A model generated the notes under the pieces. It was not told the origin of the DNA. It saw only the letters and a program-made list of their open reading frames with translations, and ran no database searches. Shown piece by piece: positions 59,501 through 64,000 of a stretch of DNA of 64,000 nt. The DNA is from the human T2T-CHM13v2.0 reference genome, Homo sapiens: assembly GCF_009914755.1 (NCBI RefSeq), contig NC_060929.1. One strand, 5' to 3'. Numbering within the stretch: position 1 is the first letter of the stretch; each line of letters starts with the position of its first letter. Position numbers and translations under genes: made by a program.

Positions 59501-61388
59501 GTCCTAGATTTCTGTCATTACTAAGGTGATGGGATAGAATTGCCACTCCCGACTTTGAGATACCTCTTCAGAAGGCCTTTTTATAATTATTCCCACCAAT
59601 TCCCAACTTGGAGGATGCCTCTTTTATTAGTTTTAAACTCATAGGAACAAGGGCCTGGACATAAACACAATGTATTTTATCCCAGTAGTCTCTACTTTGG
59701 CTCAAGTATAAGTCTGATTTTAGGCTATACCAAGGAGTTGAAAAAAACAGTATCTAAAACTGCTAAGTGTATGGCCTAATTGGAGAAAAAAAACACTGTT
59801 ATCCTGGAATCTAAAAAAAATCATTGGCAATCCTACAGGACCCTTTCTTTATGTTAGGACACATCCATATGGTTAATTATGATATTTATTGTGTAAGGAC
59901 AGAGATTCTGATCATTTAGGGATGACTTTTATCTTAAAGAGTTTTATGTGTCAGTTATTAGCATTGCACTTTTTTACAAGTTATTGATGACACACATTTT
60001 AGACATTATAGTAGATCCTGGGACAACCAATTATAAAGTTACATCTTTTTATTTGTACAATTTGATCTTGCATTTCAAACTTACATACACGTATATACAC
60101 ACACATAATTATATATATCTCAGCAAGAACACATGTGATGTAGAATAATAATGGCAATTTATACATGAATGAATAACATCTCCTCCACTCAAACCTGTCA
60201 CCTTCAGGAAACTATAAATATCTTTTGTATTTTGTTGCCTGTGTAAAATATATCATTACGCTGAAAAGTGGTTACCCTAATCAACTTTTGGAGCATGTAA
60301 TAGAGATAATAAGCTTGAAATAGGAAAATGGAATAATTGCATAGCCGACTCTAAAAGTTTATTATGCAATTAGTTACATGCATTTGTTCACCCTTTTAAA
60401 TTCTAGACTACCACTGTAATTTAAAAAAAACTTTGAACACAGAAAGAATAACAAAGCTATAAAACATGTAGATCTGCTTACGACTCAATGATAACTAACT
60501 TAGATGATCAGATAGATAATAAAATGGGAAGTTTCCCAATAAAACAAACCATTTAACATCAGATAAAGCCTTCTTACAAAGGTAAAAAATTTTAAAATTT
60601 TACCTATCAATTTTGGTTTTAATAACAGCCTGAGGATACTTAGTGATTTGCCCATTAGAATGAATCTTTTAGGAGATCTGAATTGGAATAAATATTATAA
60701 CTTGAATTAATATTATCAAAGTTAATGTCTATTTAATTTCTGGCTTTAAAAGTAACATAAATCGTATTTTCATGACCCATATGGTATCATTTTTTCCAAG
60801 GCAAAGCATTCAAAATTAATGATTTCACTTTAGTCAGTGTAGATATAAACTAGGCACAAAATACAGTGCTGATATGATCATGAATCTTTACTTGTAAATA
60901 AAATAAGGTACTGTAAAGCAGATGGCTGAGTTTACCTACATTGTAATATATATGATATTTAATCTCACTGTACCTAGAGTTTTCTTGTTTCTAGATTAGC
61001 TTTTATGCTGAAATCACTTAAAGTTATTCCTAGATCTAAAATTGTGTCTTTTCATTAATATGCAAAGAATAATATGCACAGAAATCCATTTAGAAGTAAA
61101 ACATTCATATAGACAAGACAAATATTAGTTTATCACATCATTCAATAATGATTGCTTACTTTTGTTTCAGACTCATTATATGCATATTAAACCTCTTAGC
61201 AAAATTAAGAAAGTGTATTATAATTAACTCCAATTATAGAAGAGGAAATGATTTAAAGAGATTAAGAATCTTGCTCAAATTCACCCAGCAAGAATTGATA
61301 AAATCCAATTTACATTTAATTATCGTTAGTTCATTTGATTTGAGACATTCTGAAAAGCCTAGTTCTTGATATTTTATTTTCTCCCCAC

Positions 61389-63465
61389 TGTCATTGGGTC
61401 AAACACTCTATGCTGGAACTCAGTACCATTCCTGCCTTGCAAGCACTTCTCCATATTGCATGGGCTGAAAGCACCAGACTTCCCTGCCATTAGAGTCCCA
61501 TTTAGATTCTTCCAGTGAGAAGTTGTTAGTGAAATTTGAGAGGCAAAATAGAAGTTTCTATTCTACAGTGGCAAATGGCTATCAATGTTGCCAGTGGCTT
61601 TTTGGTGACCTCTTAGAATCATCTATGCAGTGCTATAGAAATAAGAGCTCATTTGGTGACAGTTTTCTAGGATTCCAGCACTTCTGAGCTCCTGCTGATA
61701 GTAGAAGCCTTCTGTGATTTTCACTTCTCTGGCCTTCCCAATTAGAAGCTGTGGAAGCTTCTAATGCCCAGAAATAGCAATGGTGGTTTCTAGTTTCCTT
61801 ACTGAACCTCTCAGGTACAGAATTTGATACCAAAATTGGATATGGATACAGAACCTCCTAGATGGTAAGCTTAAATTGGTTATCTGACTGTGTTAGATTT
61901 GAAGACAGTAAATGATCCCATGACCAATAAAATATGGGCTATTGGTAGTTCACAGCATGCAGAGAGAAAGACTTTGCTTCAAATATCATGCTTGCAACTG
62001 TGTGACTACTGAAAAGAAAGACGTTGGAAGGCCAAGTGGCTATTCCAATACAATGTTATAGGGGAAATGATTATTATACAGACTTTGGAATTATTTGACT
62101 GCTTCATATTGCAATAGAGAGCTTTGAGTCAGATAATGGCAAGTTTATGGTGCAGAGAAGCAGAGAGCTCTATAATGATCCTAAAAATATATCTCTTAGT
62201 ACTTATAGTCATACAGCCAAGGAATCCAAAACCCAGACTCCAGGTTTGATCCTATAGGCTACAGAAGCTAAACACCAATTGATTTCTTTTTCATCAGGTC
62301 TCTTATGTGAAAATTAAGGATTAGACGAGACTGGGATCTGGAGAACTGGAATGGTAACTTTTGGATGTATCCCAATGACTGAGTATCTTGATCCCCTCCT
62401 ATCACTGAGCCTGACTTTCCAGAAGCAGCAGCCACTGCTGAGCCAATTCCTCCATCATTTCCCCCTACCTTGCCTAATGATCCTCCAGTGACTTCCCCTG
62501 AGACCATCTCTTGCATAGAGATACTGATTCTCCTTCCATCCCACTCCCAATATCTCTCCTGGTTGCTTGCCCATAATTAGCACAAATTCAGACCCAATAG
62601 GAGATAGCACACATACCAAAGGTCTGTGCATTTTTTGCTCGTTTATATTAAGAGGAACTCAGGGAATGTGTGTGAGGAACAGATTCTAAGCAACAAAGAC
62701 CAAGGTATAAGACACTAACATTGAAATAGGTTAAATGTATTGATATCCCTGCTCACACTAGAGCTTCTGGATTTAATCTGTGGCTCAAATATCTGAGAGC
62801 AACTCTTACAATTTTATTGGTTGGCTAATTGAAACATGGACTCAGGGATTTCCTTGAATAAATGAAGTTGAAATATAAGGATTTCCTTAGCACAACAGAG
62901 AGGAAGGAATCCAAAGGCTAAAGGAAATAGGAATATTGGAATACATTGGTTATGTGCAATCAATTCATTATCTCTCTTACCATGTGTCTCTGGTAAGACC
63001 ACAGGAATCTAGAGGCTACCCCTTTCCAAAGACTTTGAGAAAATATACTGATGAGAGGAACAAAAGCATCCTTATAGGATTTGTAGTGACTGCTGTCTAT
63101 AGGTCAGGGATGATGGTGGGAGATACTTCAAGGAATTGAGCTCCTGTATTTTAAAAAAGGAATAAGGACATCCCAGAATATAGAAGCCACTGACACCACT
63201 TAAACACCAGGAACAAGTGGGCATGGTTATAGAAATGGGCAGCAGAGTTGGAGTGGTAACCAGATGGTTTAATTGGAAGATATTTGGGGCAGTGGTTAAT
63301 TGATTATGGTGCCTTTAAAGTTGAAAAAGGTGGGAAGCTTGATCAAGTATTACTTAAAATATATAATCCAAAAATGTCTAGATTTTAATTCAACACAATG
63401 GATAGGGATATCTCACCTTCCACTTAATTCTCAGACATGAACCAATTCAAGAAGCAAGAGTGCTT
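61389..63465 (+). mobile_element. Ancient ERVL provirus 5' part: LTR33/LTR16-like LTR (~61389-61819) plus gag-like internal region
   Basis: LTR end ggtggtttctagtttccttactgaacc...taca is followed by gaatttgatacca, a Pro-rich segment and ggggcagtggttaattgattatggtg. Confidence 0.7.
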
Positions 63466-63478
63466 TTTAAAAAATATA

Positions 63479-64000
63479 TTTTTTATTTCAATAGGTTTTT
63501 CAGAAACAGATGGTGTTTTATTACATGAATAAGTTCTTCAGTGGTGATTTCTGAGATTTTGGTACACCCAACACCCACGTGGTATACCCTGTACCCAATG
63601 CAGTCTTTTATCCCTCACCCACATTCTACCCTTTCCCCCAAGTCCTCAAAGTCCATTGTATCATTCTTATGCCTTTGAGTCCTCAAAACTTAGCTCCTAA
63701 TTATGAGTGAGAACATGTGATGTTTGGTTTTCCATTCCTGAGTTACTTTACTTAGAATAATAGTCTCCATTTCCACCCAGGTTGCTGTGAGTGCTATTAA
63801 TTCATTCCTTTTTGTGGCTGAGTAGTATCCCATGGTATATACATACCATATTTTCTTTATCCACTTGTTGATTGATGGGCTGGTTCCATATTTTTGCAAT
63901 TGCAAATTGTGCTGCTATAAACATGCATGTGCAAGTATCTTTTTCTTTAATGACTTCTTTTCCTCTGGGTAGATACCAAGTAGTGGGATTGCTGGGTCAA
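63479..64000 (-). mobile_element. L1PB-type 3' end, running off the window
   Basis: Minus-strand ORF2 end (ETIILSKVTQEWKTKHHMFSL) and an L1PB 3'UTR. Confidence 0.92.

Overview
This is AT-rich, CpG-depleted primate (human-like) genomic DNA made mostly of interspersed repeats. It contains no prokaryotic-type system. The first 6.8 kb holds a chain of very short, phase-compatible + strand exons that the ORF track misses; spliced, they read ...GITIYDLKVQRQRQRKKRECGIREVLISLPEAAKVLQRCADTKIHDEL*, the 3' end of a gene I cannot name, ending in an HDEL motif. The rest looks intergenic. It contains two near-full-length, same-orientation L1PA3-age LINE-1s about 20.5 kb apart. One retains the ~129-bp ZNF93-bound 5'UTR segment and the other lacks it, yet both share many substitutions absent from the L1 consensus as I recall it. 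Other features are a 5'-inverted L1PB, an L1PA13-like fragment with a probable 3' transduction, five Alus, many MaLR/ERVL LTRs, DNA-transposon fossils, L2/MIR relics, a 50-bp inverted repeat enclosing an AT-rich minisatellite, and a pre-miRNA-like hairpin. Repeat subfamily names come from remembered consensus sequences, and old-repeat boundaries are approximate.
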